Part shown: positions 50,957 through 64,000 of the stretch, one piece after another
Numbering within the stretch: position 1 is the first letter of the stretch
Layout: every line of letters starts with the position of its first letter
Origin: Trichoplax sp. H2
Lineage: Eukaryota
Length of the DNA: 64,000 bases
Reading direction: 5' to 3'
Assembly (NCBI GenBank): GCA_003344405.1
Contig: NOWV01000121.1
Coordinates: 62,001-126,000, forward strand
Position numbers and translations under genes: made by a program
Notes under the pieces: generated by a model
Told to the model about the DNA's origin: nothing
Databases searched by the model: none
Seen by the model: the letters and a program-made list of their open reading frames with translations, nothing else

Positions 50957-53832
50957 ATGAGTTATCAGCTTTACAGAAATACGACGTTAGGTCAGAGTTT
51001 ACAGGAAACGTTAGAGGAACTGATACAGGTCAGTACGATGGAGATCGTGTTTGCTTTTCGCATCGCATCTTGAAGCTCAGGGCATGTTATTATTGCATAT
51101 CGTTATTGCATGTGGCTATCTTGAATTGAGTTCTTGGTCAAGGTTCGAAAATCTTGACTTAAATATATAGTATGATTTATGAATATGATCTAGTAGTTTT
51201 CAGCTAAATCGAAATCTGCATGCACGCTTGCCTGTGATAGCAACCTCTGCTATGCGCAGGGATACAACTGTGCATTGCCCAAAAAAAGAAGCGTGACATT
51301 GTCAAAGACTACTATACGTTTACGGTAGAAGTAGACGCTAATTGCGCTATCTGATCATGCTGTGGTACCTGAAAATGAGAATGATACAGCACGAGGCAAT
51401 CATGGATCCCTTTTAGTAGCACGTGATAATGTACCAGATTTTGTTTGTCGATAATACTGATATTGTTATGCTGTACTGTATAAAAATCATCTTTAAGGTG
51501 GAACAACTAGCATAAATAGCGACGAGATAAATAAGTTACGAGCTCTGTCGGTATATCCAATAAGGTGGAACAACTAGCATAAATAGCGACGAGATAAATA
51601 AGTTACGAGCTCTATCTGTATATCCAATAGGATCTCGAGCTCTTACAACGTGTTCGATTATACTTACTATACAGTGTACAGTATATTACTGTAGTAATCA
51701 AAAGGCGAGATTAGAAATATGTAATGTACAGTATNNNNNNNNNNNNNNNNNNNNATAGCGACGAGATAAATAAGTTACGAGCTCTATCGGTATATCCAAT
51801 AAGGAGGAACAACTAGCATAAATAGCGACGAGATAAATAAGTTACGAGCTCTGTCGGTATATCCAATAAGGTGGAACAACCAACATAAATAGCGACGAGA
51901 TAAATAAGTTACGAGCTCTATCTGTATATCCAATAGGATCTCGAGCTCTTACAACGTGTTCGATTATACTTACTATACAGTGTACAGTANNNNNNNNNNN
52001 NNNNNNNNNTTAGTAGCACGTGATAATGTACCAGATTTTGTTTATCGATAATACTGATATTGTTATACTGTACTGTACTGTATAAAAATCATCGTTAAGG
52101 TGGAATAACTAGCATAAATAGCGACGAGATAAATAAGTTACGAGCTCTATCGGTATATCCAATAAGGAGGAACAACTAGCATAAATAGCGACGAGATAAA
52201 TAAGTTACGAGCTCTATCGGTATATCCAATAAGGAGGAACAACTAGCATAAATAGCGACGAGATAAATAAGTTACGAGCTCTATCGGTATATCCAATAAG
52301 GAGGAACAACTAGCATAAATAGCGACGAGATAAATAAGTTACGAGCTCTGTCGGTATATCCAATAAGGTGGAACAACCAACATAAATAGCGACGAGATAA
52401 ATAAGTTACGAGCTCTATCTGTATATCCAATAGGATCTCGAGCTCTTACAACGTGTTCGATTATACTTACTATACAGTGTACAGTACAGTATATTACTGT
52501 AGTAATCGAAAGGCGAGATTAGAAATATGTAATGTACAGTATATGCTCTCAATTCATTCTATTTGATCTACAGCGGCCAAGAGTGGACGTGAATATGCAA
52601 CATTGATTGTTATTATCTACTGCGTAAAAGGAACTTTACTGCACACCACTGTTATACACCGCTATGTAGTAGGAAAATAGTAATGAAAAATCATTTCAGA
52701 ATAATAAATCTTAAAAAGTATTCCGCGCCAGTGTCTTTTAGCCGCCACTTGTACAAATACGATGCTGTGATAAATTGCTTTGCACGAATTATCGTATATC
52801 AATTGATGAATGGTAGCAAATCATACTCGGCGATCTAAAATTGGCCAATATACAATATATACTGTACGCGTATATAATATAAATTCACTGAGGTACATGC
52901 TATTCATATAGTAGATTTTATTATGATAAAAAACTACGAAATCATGATTGCACAATTTATAAGTGAGCGTTCTAGTTGATAATATGTTAATATATATAAT
53001 AATGGTTTCTTATTTCTACACTTGCTACCTGCTAGTTCACGACAATTTCCATTTTGAGACATACTGCCGACTACAACTAAAAGTCACAGAGATGGCTACA
53101 CGTATTCGTTACTGTAAATGAAAATAATTAAGAACGACAAAATTCTATTTTAATCTCTAGACGCAGCAAATTGATCCTGATTTGGCTTTGATCGTTCTAC
53201 TACAATTTGATAAAACTATTAATTCCGCATTAGCAAATCGGTTACGCACTAGAATGTCATTTAAGGTAAGTTTTATATCAGTTAGGAACGCTTGAAAGTG
53301 CTCAACTACTTCACTTTTTTATCGACCAAATTGCTGTGCATGTTTTACTGAAGCAAAATATCTCTTATCCACTACTTTATAAAGTATACTGTAGTCGTTA
53401 TACTGTACTAATGAATAATAGTATAGAGTTTTTCTAACTGCAAGAACGATGTATTGATGTTGTGGAAAGAATCGTATGAGTCAAGAAGAATCCTATAAGT
53501 GTCTTTACAATTTATGCAGTATTAGATATGTACAACACAGTCCACTACGAAATATTTTAATATTATCTTAATCCGCATTTCTAACCCATTGTAAGTACAG
53601 TATTAGCGACGATGAGCAAAAAACTTACAAGGAAATCTAAGCGTTTTCTGCTTCATGTTTTATTTAGGGACATTTACGAACATACAGGTTTTGTGATAGT
53701 GTTTGGACTTTAATTGTTGAAAATGCGGAATTCCGTGAGACCGGAAGCGATACACACTCGTTTAAGGTTGACAAATTGAAAGTAGTTGCTTGTGACGGTA
53801 AAACAAGTGGCCTAGAATGTAAGGAACTTTAA
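50957..53832 (+). CDS. GTF2A2: Transcription initiation factor IIA gamma subunit
   Basis: Three phase-0 exons 50957-51028, 53161-53265, 53668-53832: [83 protein letters not shown]...[13 protein letters not shown]. Not present in the ORF track. Confidence 0.96.
51495..52431 (+). repeat. 67-bp tandem minisatellite (VNTR) in GTF2A2 intron 1, in three blocks separated by 20-N gaps (51735-51754, 51990-52009)
   Basis: Unit aagg(t/a)ggaacaactagcataaatagcgacgagataaataagttacgagctct(a/g)tcggtatatccaat starts at 51495 and 51562; 51801 and 51868 (plus a partial unit from 51755); and 52097, 52164, 52231, 52298, 52365. Confidence 0.95.
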
Positions 53833-56790
53833 CTAGAGTACCGATTCTCTTCCTGACCAAGTCAATACATCACTCCGATATCTTTTGCTAATTATAGTAT
53901 TTATAGCCAAACTGACGTGAATTCATCCAGTTAAACACTAACAGTAAACCCATTACAGTATTATGTTATTAAGTAATTAATGTACCTACTATGAATTAAC
54001 CGGACAAGGATGCCTAGTTAAACTTCAAGCTTAAAATATCCTGTGCATACACACAGTATTGGTTTAAGAAATCTACTATCTATTACATTGATTTGAAACA
54101 TAAGTACACTATTATACAACTTCGCCTCATTACATATACTGCAATATTGTTGCAAGGTTAATATTCTATACACATCAGTGTCATAACATTAATTAATTAA
54201 CATATACCTAGATCTTGTCCGCCTTAGTTGATACTACCAAAGTAGCATTGTTGTTCTGCAGTTTCGAACGCTCTCATTGGATATATATTTGATGCCCTGC
54301 CCTCTTTTATCATTTTATATATATATAATCTAAACCGTTTTAAGATGTGAAAATAAATTGATAGATAACATATCGATGTATTAATAATATGTTTGAAAAT
54401 CACAAAAACTGAAGTATTCTTTGTTCACTGAATTCTTGTGACACTTTTCTATTTACCCAAAATAGTTTGATGAACTTCAAATCCTGACAAGCTAGACAGA
54501 AATAAAACCTTACAGTCGATACCATTTAATTAGACGATCTCAGCATTCCACAATAAATCTGAAGTCCGGACATCGCGATACCATAGTTATCACGGAAATA
54601 AAAATATATCCCAATATCTTCTGGTGGAAATATATTATTATATCAGTGAAAATAAATCATGCTATGTTTCTCTTAGGCCTTCATTTCTTTGCATTTACGT
54701 GCTAATGTTCAACTATTTCAATATGATTTATGTTGCCTAAGTAAGATTATATCTGAAATGCCTATTTCTGTACACATGATCATTTAGATAGCTTATAGAG
54801 AAATATTGAAGGACTAAAATATTTAAAATGTAAATCTGTGAGCTTATAAATCCTTGGATAATTAATTTAGCAACTAATTGTATTATTATTGTATTCATTA
54901 GATTTCATACTTGACAAGTAAATCCATGATATCGAAAATATTTAAAATAATAAATTTATTTAGATTGTACTGAAACGAGTATTTATAATTTACTATCATT
55001 TCTAAGCATTACTCAAGGCATGCCAGTGATACTGTCCATCATGCATCTTGCATGTACGGTATTGAAGACTGTCAGTTGCAATTACTGTAAAGTCGTCATG
55101 GAACTAATAGAGCGATGAGTTAATCTACCGTATGGATCGCAATCTTATTATGATGAGTTAGACCCGTTAGGGTAAAGGGTATTTTGCTAGTTATTACGTT
55201 CATGAAAGTTATCTGGAAAACAGCCAGCTCTGACAGCATATACTTTACTAGTTGTAATTACATACGTGGTACATATATTATTTATGCATTAAGACTACAG
55301 AAGGGGAACGTTTATGATAACATCATAGCGTAGTGTATCATTACTGTACACATGAAGCCATTAAAACTATTTGAAAACTTTAATAATATGATTGAATACG
55401 CGCAGATATAATAGGTTGTTAATAAGAAAGGGTGACAAATCTAGTGTCTGATGGTAGCAAAATAGATAGAATGAAAAACTACTGACTTCAGTCCAGAGGA
55501 GCAGTAAAGTTTTACACCGTAGTATCATACGAACAGGTTACATTAATATTCTAATTTCTTGTAACAGCATTTAATGTAGTTCCCTTATACAATAATGTTG
55601 TAAGTCCTGGTAGATATTTAGTAAAGAAAATAATAAGAATGGCCTCTCACATTAAATCGGAATGACTGTCTTATCGACTGTAATCACAACACGTTTATAA
55701 AACGTAGGAGAAATCGGTAGCGATTTAAGCCTCCACGAAATTTATTTTTTACACAGTTTATGAACTAGCAGCTATTATAAATTATAATCAAAATTCTAAT
55801 AAATTAGATCTTCCAACACTAAATTATCATCATCGCAGTGTTGTACGGCAATCAATAAATTTTAATTTTAATTATAGTCAATGAACGTATAATAATGGAT
55901 AAAATGTGTATTTTTGATCTAATTAATATCGGGTGCAGTGATTATAATGATGAACTTCACAATATTGAAATATCTTTGATCTCGAAAGAGGAACATATAA
56001 ATTATTTATAGGCCTTTTAAATCTACCATGAGTCAGTAACACCCTTTCATATTTACCATGCATACAATATATGGCAATCATCCAAAATCTATTCATATCT
56101 ATTAAGAACACCGATACCCGCATCTTAACATTCCTAGATAGTTTGACTTCGTAGGCTATACAATGTAGATTATACGATACTTCAATTTTATAGTAATTGT
56201 AAATGAAATCAAACAAAATTCACTGATTCTTAAAATACTGACAATAACTTAACTTACTCTAATACACTAACAGTCTAGTTCAGTTTGAAGGTAATCGTAT
56301 GTGGTAAATTGTTGATTCCATTACATCTGTACATTTATGCTATACGAACCTGCAGTTATAACTACCGAAGTCTGTTAACTTTTATTATAAATTCGACGCA
56401 ATTATTATATACTTTCTATGCATGAAATACACGGCAGGAATTGCAATATTTATGAACTGAAATACGTTTTACGAATTTCACATGTTACTTATAAATCGAT
56501 TAAACATAGAATCAAAGAGCTCTTGTAACAGAAAGACTGGTTAGAACTCAAAATTTGAAACATTTACGCAAATTAATATTTTCTATTGTTACTTTTAATT
56601 ATAATAGATACCACCTCGAATACACTATGTTCAAAATAAAACTTTGATGCATACAATTTAAAATGTACAATATTAATATTTTAATACCGAGAGGTGATAA
56701 AAATGTAATGATATTCTTTGTCTATTCTAATATCCGTATCTATTTATATTGTATTACACAGCAACGTCAACAAATTCAATTGCTCTAATA

Positions 56791-59589
56791 TTACGGATCT
56801 CGACCTATACACTTATCATAAACACCAGGAAACTTTACGCACACTATCTGGAAATGCTTTCTATTCGGATATAACGATCTTGTCTTGGGACACATACACT
56901 TGACAGACATGTATGGTGTCCAATTGCTTGGATTACAGTACATACCGAAAAGATCTCGTTCACCCGTATTCAAGGTGATCTTATTTAGATCTACTAAACG
57001 AGGAGATTTTGACCATGCAGGATTTGGCTAAAAAGTTGTGCATAGAATGTTATTGACCATAAATCAGCCTTGTTAATGCCATATATATACAATACTTCAT
57101 TTACTGAATTCGTTCATAAGACAGCATAATAATCTAAAAAAGCTTTTATACACGAATAGCTGACCTCAATCCTACGTCTTTTCTTTCCATCTCCAGTATG
57201 CCCAAGCCCTATTGCACCAATATGCCATATTCGTCCAAGAGTCGGAACAATCACATTGTAGCGACCTACCCAAAGCCAACCAAGGGCCTCAGACCAATCG
57301 TTGACTTTGATTGTTAAGAAACGAGACGTTTTAATTTCTCTCCAAACAGAAGCGTTGAATGCGTACGCCATGCCGGGAAAGAAGAGCATATATCTTCAAA
57401 GAAACATAAACAAAGAAATTATGTACATACATAAGCGAGCAGCAAATAGATTATTTTATGTATATGTAGATAAAGTAACATGCAGAATTTTTGGTAATAG
57501 TATTGCTATGTATTACTTTCAAAAGCCTAATACTACTTAAAGTTTATGCTTTCGAAATTACACACCGAATCACCACCGTATCTGGGTGAGGATTTACAAG
57601 ATTTTCTCCTGACCATCCCCCAAGTCCAACAGCAACAGTCTTATAACGCGAATTTTTGATCTGTAACATGTACCATATCATCTTGATGGCGTCTTTCGAA
57701 AGCTCGATATCGTCCTCTAAAAAGAGAACATCTTCCTCATATGCAGATCCCAAACCAAAGATATCTACGAGTAAAAGCACCAGAGTACTTGAGAATATTC
57801 CTCAAACGATTCAAATTGATCAAGTGATGTCATTTTTTATTATAGGTAGAAACGCTAGTGCTAGCCAATACACGATATATTAGCTTTCAATTGTTGAATA
57901 CTTGTAGACATATCTATAAGTATCTCAAGTTATACTTTAACAATTCATACCTTATCGTATTATCATACAAAATAATGGATACTCGTATAATTTTAATTAA
58001 GCACAGGACTGTACGTTGTAACTTTCAATTAGCGCAGGGTAGAGGCACAATGCTATTAATATTTACATCAAAATATTATGTTACTCTGACTACCTGTTAT
58101 CTAGACATTATTTCAGCAGAAAAGGTAAAACTGCATAGGCAGTATCGTGTATTGTACTGTACTAGAGATATAATCGTGTTTTGCCTAAATAGCTACAAGT
58201 GAAGAAGTTTGAAATGTATGACATCTACTAATAAGTTAATAGCATTGCATCTAAATGGCTATCTAAAAGTAATATAACGACAATGAAATTCACGAGTAAA
58301 AGTAATTATGAGTTAATTTTATGCCACATCGCTTGTATCCACTTTGAAAGTATCAAGCATATCATGTAACAAACATCCACGTACAATACTGTAGGTTTAA
58401 AGATTTATCCAGCTTTTGGTATACTTCTGGCGTGCATGACAACACGATCATAATTACTTCATGCTCATGGATTCTATAATTGAACATTTTAGATGATGGA
58501 TGACAGCGTGCGCATAGAACTGCATTTACAATTTACAAGTACAACTTGACATAGATACAAGCATATTTTACACTTGCGATACATTACAATATTTATCTAC
58601 AGTAGACAAATATACTGGTTCAGCTCTAGGTTGAATGCTGTATCGATACAGCAGGTAGATACGTAATATAGTGGCGTCGATTGCTAAATTAAATGATGAC
58701 ACAGATCCTGTAGATGATAGCAAATAGTGAAGGAACTTAATCTCATCATTAAGAAATTTGATACTATTGATACAACACACACACAATTAACCATTATTGA
58801 TAACCTCAAGCTAATCTTAAGAATTTAAGTATTGCAAAAAATAGATTGCCGCACCAATAGAATGTACTTGATTGACTGTTTCATCGATCCAATTTCTTCT
58901 TTAAGTTAATGTACAGTATAGTATATTGCTGTGTCTATATACGATTATATATGCAAATCTGCATGGCACTAAATTTTGATCGAAAATACCATGCGTCAAT
59001 ATGATAAGCTACTTTACTACAATTGTGTAAAATTGTGCAGAAATGTAAATAGGTTTTAGCGATCAAGATTTACACCATCGTTCCATTACAATGATACAGT
59101 ACCTTTATCCTCGAAAGTCTGCTTTACAACATTATACCACTGTTGTTTATATTCTTTTGCATTTCTACGTTTACTCTGTGTAATTATAGTTTTAGTCTTG
59201 CAAAATTTTACACCTGCAATAAGTTGGTTGGTTTTTTTGATATCTTCATCTTTGACGACTGGTGATTTCTGACATGCGAATAAACATGTGCTATTAGGAT
59301 GTAGACCATCAATATCTCGTAGCGAACGCAATAATCGTGACATATATTCGTGCCGATATGAACAGAAAATCACCATAGGAATCTTTATACTGGTAAAATT
59401 ACTTTCGAAGGTTAATGGAGGAGCCGTTGCCAGTGTAACTTCATTATTAGTAAAGGTAATTCCATTAAGATCAGTATCTTTACTTTTCGATATATCAATG
59501 TCTTTATGATTATAACTAGAATTTCTAATTTTTATAATAAACATGAATGCGGTGATTACAATAATAACTAAGAAGCAACGATGCCTCAT
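56791..59589 (-). CDS. Type II membrane glycosyltransferase, GT13-like, paralog B, ~383 aa
   Basis: Exons 59589-59103, 57764-57566, 57393-57165, 57027-56791. The last three exon sizes (199/229/237) are identical to paralog A. PMVIFCSYRHEYMSRLLRSL, LFLEDDI, FFPGMAY, IVPTLGRIWHIG. Confidence 0.8.
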
Positions 59590-60184
59590 TTTTGAATTGC
59601 ACGACCGTTATTGCAGCAAAGGAATGAAATCGTTCAACAGTAAAATTGGAAATGTAGCTAAAATTGAATCAATAAGACGGTGTTACAAAGTTGATAGCGT
59701 AGTTACAGTATGTATCAAGCACAGCGGTACAATAAGGAGGCAAACTTCAAGATGGAAGGCAAAATCGATCGTGATTTTTTTAGTTTACATCGATATTTTA
59801 CATCCTAAGCAGAACCGCATAATACGAGTACGGTGAGTTGCACGATGGCGTTTGTGATGCTCCAGTTGTCTTGCACTATCGAATACTGTCAATCCCAACC
59901 AATTGGTGTCGAAGGTTTCGGCCTTGTACCCAGTTCTATACGAATAAATGTGCTTTGCTTATAGCATGGTATAATTCAGATATTACGATCTATAATTCAT
60001 TTATTTATTAATTAATCAATGAATAAACGCAGATTTAAATCGCTGGGTTAAGAGTGTTTCAAAATCGTGACCTGGATCAGCTCCTACACGATGAATCATT
60101 ATGCAGTCAACAAAGCAACGTTGCAGGTGTGATGTGTACTCAGGTGTCCGTACCCGACAGAGACTGTTACGGTAACAGTGTTCC

Positions 60185-61250
60185 CAGCGACTGTAGTGTA
60201 CAGTGTACAGTACAAGGGACTTCTAACTGTACTGTACTGTACACTGTACCGTACAGTAATCCAATTTCCATGAGTCATGTGACGTACAGTACAGTTAACT
60301 GTAGCCTTTGCGTCTACAGTACTGTACACAGTACAGTACAGTGTATAGTACTGTACAGTACAATACTGTAGTGCGTGTGCATGTGACTGTACTGTACTGT
60401 ACACTGTACAGTACAGTATACAGTATAAAAAGAAGAAAGGCACGATAGTATGTACCTTACTAAAATGAAAGAGAGAAAGGCGGGAAACGACTTGTGGTGC
60501 AAAATAATGGGGTGGATTTACCATTTTCAGGTCATCCTACCTGTATACAGTACTATAGTAAGTACCCAGTACTTAACCGTTAGCAGCTAATTTAATATGT
60601 AGCGCTTAGACGCCTTACGTTAACGATCGTGCCTGGTGCAGTACAGTACTGCACTGCAGAAAGGATGTTGGTACTGTACACTGTACAGTCTACTGTACTG
60701 TACAGAGTACACGATGCACTACTGCACTACTGCACTGTAGAATACGGAACGGAACGGAATCACATTAATCACATTAGTGATTAATTCCGTATTCCATACC
60801 GTTCCGTTGAAAATGCAAAACTTTACAGTACTGTACTGTATGCTACAGTATTAATTTGGACAGGCTCGCAAAATATTTTTTCTGTATACTGTACACTGTA
60901 CTGTACAGGATTGTACAGTACACAGTACAGAACTGACATCTACGGTACTGTACACTGTACAGTACTAAACACAACTGCACTGTAGAATACGGAACGGAAT
61001 CACATGGATTCGTGATTCCGTTCCGTTCCGTATTCCATACCGTTCCGTCGAAAATACAAAATTTTACAGTACTGTACTGCATGCTACAGTATTAACTTGG
61101 ATAGGCTCGCAAAATATTTTCTCGGCATACTGTATACACTACTATACAGTACTGTACAGAACTGACATCTACGCTACTGTACAGTACTAAACACTACGGA
61201 CTGTAACTCACTGTACTGTACAGTACAGTACTGTACAGTGTACAGTGTAA
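60185..61250. repeat. TACAG/CTGTA satellite plus duplicated ~240-bp hairpin-containing unit in the glycosyltransferase B/PPIP5K divergent interval
   Basis: Dense pentamer runs. Unit actgcactgtagaatacggaacggaa...ggctcgcaaaatatttt...cagaactgacatctacg...agtactaaacac at ~60729-60972 and ~60974-61193. Confidence 0.9.
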
Positions 61251-61574
61251 TGGTGTATTTAATTTCAAAATTTTATTTCAGAAGCTAGCGCGTACCCAAG
61301 TAGAGATTTCTCTTGCTCTACAACTTGTAGTCTTTGGCCCTCAGTATATTACTTTCATATTTTTACAATGGAGAAAATTTCATTTCTACGATAATTATCC
61401 ATCGAACGAGTGGTACACTGATAGCTGCACTCTTTTACTCATAAGATTGTAGTACTGTATTTCTTTCTTAGCAGTTGTTGTTAATAGATAGTACAATATA
61501 CGTTCGATAACACTTCCATTCAAGCTTTGCCTTCATTAATTGATTTATATTTAATACGATCGATCTCAGACAAG

Positions 61575-64000
61575 ATGACCGAGGTAAAAATTATAAAAGT
61601 CTTCCTGTACTCTACATGTACTATTAATGAATAACTTCAATTTTATTCATTGTCATACGGTACTACTGTACTTGGAACTAAGGATATAGTAGCACTGTAA
61701 ACTCCAATGACTTAGCATAGTTTACATAATGTATTACAACTACAGTTTATGAATGACCGAGACGGAATTAACTTGTAAAACCATTCTATGCAATGAAATA
61801 ATTTAATTTTTAAATTTGAATTTTTAGGACCACTCAATAAGTGGAAATCGTATTGTAATAGGAGTGTGCTCTATGAATAGAAAAGTAGGTGCTATAACTA
61901 GTAACTACAATTACCTACCTCTCTATGAAGCTTGTCTAAAAAAAGTTTCAGAGATTGTATCAAGTTAGTTGTGGCTTTCAATTAATATGCACTATCGTAT
62001 ACAATTGTTCAATTATACTGTATATTCATTATTCATCGATTGCAGTTGAATCTAGAGTTGTCGATATTAAGAGTTTTTGTTACTATGATACACCATGGAC
62101 AACCAAATACCATTGTTGTACGGTAGTAGTCTGTGTATTCAAGTATTCAATGCCTACAGGTTATTGGTTATAAGCTGTACGGATAGACTAAAATTGTACT
62201 CTCATTCCTATTCTCTACTTGCATTAAAACTATTTTCCTGTTGATGTAAAGCACACTAGTTTGCAGTACATGTCGTTGTTGTAGTACTTTTATTTTACTG
62301 TTAAAATAAACTTATTAGAGTATCTAAGCTGAACGTAATTTCTGCTTTACTATGACTTCAGTCAAGAGCGAGACCAATGAAAGAAATACTGAATCGCTTG
62401 CGTAAATATGATTCGCTACAAATTATTACCTTCCAAGATGACGTCATTCTTAATGAACCGGTCGAAAAATGGCCCTGTTGTGATTGCTTGATAGCTTTCT
62501 ACTCTTCTGGATTTCCCTTGAAGAAGGCGATAGAGTATGCACAGTTACGAAAGCCGTTTCTCCTTAATGATTTAACGATGCAATACGACTTGATGGACAG
62601 GTACGAAAATACTATCTTAAAAATTTTCAGGCTATCTAATTGAACTTTAACAAGCTCACGTTTGTCCAATTTCCGTATACATTTTATGCAAATGTTGGAT
62701 AGAATAAACTTTAATCTGTACGATTTATAAATGTGCCCTTTGTAATAATCAATATGTCTTGTTTACGATATCCAGAGCAAAGGTCTACAGGATTTTAAAA
62801 AAACATGAGATACCAATACCTAGATATACCATCTTGGAAAGAAATTTAGACAATGAAAATGATGGTCAGAGTAAGTTTTACTGTATAAAGACTGTAAACT
62901 TATAATTACCTTAACCATGGACTACTAGATATCTAGTAGTCCATTCCCTAACTGATTAAAGCATATGCCCATCTTGTAAATAGTATCAAAGATAAGTCCA
63001 ATTAGGAATCCATGGAAAGGTACTAGTTTAGTGTAGACTAGTGAAACCTTTGCTATTTGACCTAAAATCTAGTAGAAAGTGTACATCAAGGCACATTTTA
63101 GAAATTTGAAGGATGCAGCAATAACATATGCAATAAAGCTAATGTATTAGCTACCTATATTCAGAAAGAATCCTAATTTCCTCTAATTACTAATAACCCA
63201 CCAAATCTTATTTATCGTACATCACAATAATAACTTACAGACATTGATGAACTTGAAGATATCTTAAAAGTTAGTGGGGAAATATTCCACAAACCCTTTG
63301 TTGAAAAACCAGTATCGGCTGAAGATCATAATATTGTCATATATTATCCTTCTTCCGCTGGAGGTGGAAGCCAGCGACTATTTCGTAAGGTTAGCAAGAT
63401 CCTCTGCAAGTATATTCAACTTCTGCACGCTAAAATTATTAAGGTGCTTAAATTACAGTTCAATATACTTGATTGATGGCCAAAGTTTATATATATACTA
63501 GATCGGCTCAAAATCAAGTGTTTACAAGCAAGAAAGCCACGTTAGAAGAGATGGGTCATACCTTTACGAGGAATTCATGCCCACAGAAGGAGTCGATGTT
63601 AAGGTACTAGACTTACTTGTCCACTTGCATAGCATTGTGCTCAACAAGTATGCAAGAGACTGCATCATTACAGAACAATTACAGCTTTACAGCGTTATAA
63701 TAGTGAGGTACTCATATAACTTTAGATCTACACAGTTGGACCAGAATATGCTCATGCTGAAGCTCGAAAATCACCAGTAAGTTACGACATCACCATTCGA
63801 GTAAATTATTGAAAAGTCACTTGTTGTAAACGATTGCATTGCCTACGCAAAATTCAGATACAGTATCAAAAAAGTAGCTTTTTTATATGTATTTTTATTT
63901 AAATAAAATTTAAATTTTTTTACTCACCTTTACAGGCATTAGATGGAGTTGTTGAGAGAGATATACAAGGGAAAGAAGTTCGATATCCTATCATTTTGAC
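61575..64000 (+). CDS. PPIP5K2: Inositol hexakisphosphate and diphosphoinositol-pentakisphosphate kinase (VIP1/PPIP5K), 5' part
   Basis: Exons 61575-61583 (tentative), 61828-61884, 62362-62600, 62776-62870, 63241-63389, 63502-63603, 63726-63776, 63936->64000. [94 protein letters not shown]5K1 versus 2 cannot be resolved. Confidence 0.95.

Noticed and set aside
51495-52431. CRISPR-like array
   Set aside because: Units are contiguous 67-bp near-identical repeats with no unique spacers, no cas genes, and they lie in a eukaryotic intron.
53900-56750. Hidden gene between GTF2A2 and glycosyltransferase B (ORF 55923-56216)
   Set aside because: No homology signal or phase-consistent exons found by eye; treated as convergent intergenic/UTR sequence.

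Overview
AT-rich, intron-dense eukaryotic (early-branching animal) DNA. Compact genes, short introns, ancestral-looking exon structures and pervasive TACAG/CTGTA pentamer repeats suggest a placozoan (Trichoplax-like) genome; this is inference. By manual splicing on both strands I reconstruct 13 protein-coding genes: TDRKH-like (-, partial), MCCC2 (+), CLCA-like (-), an orphan type I membrane protein (-), FAH (-), FOPNL/CEP20 (+), SMU1 (-), LRMDA-like (+), TMEM161 (-), two paralogous GT13-like glycosyltransferases (-) flanking GTF2A2 (+; missed by the ORF track), and PPIP5K (+, partial). Ten of the 13 form five head-to-head pairs. Every shared upstream interval holds a palindrome-rich TACAG/CTGTA satellite, often with short conserved modules, which is a candidate repeat-based promoter system. 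Other highlights are two U12-type introns, a GC-AG intron, a CLCA lacking its zinc-protease motif, a TDRKH with a degenerate Tudor cage, and a 67-bp VNTR. Three 20-N gaps are flanked by probable haplotype duplications. No CRISPR, rRNA, tRNA or transposase was found.
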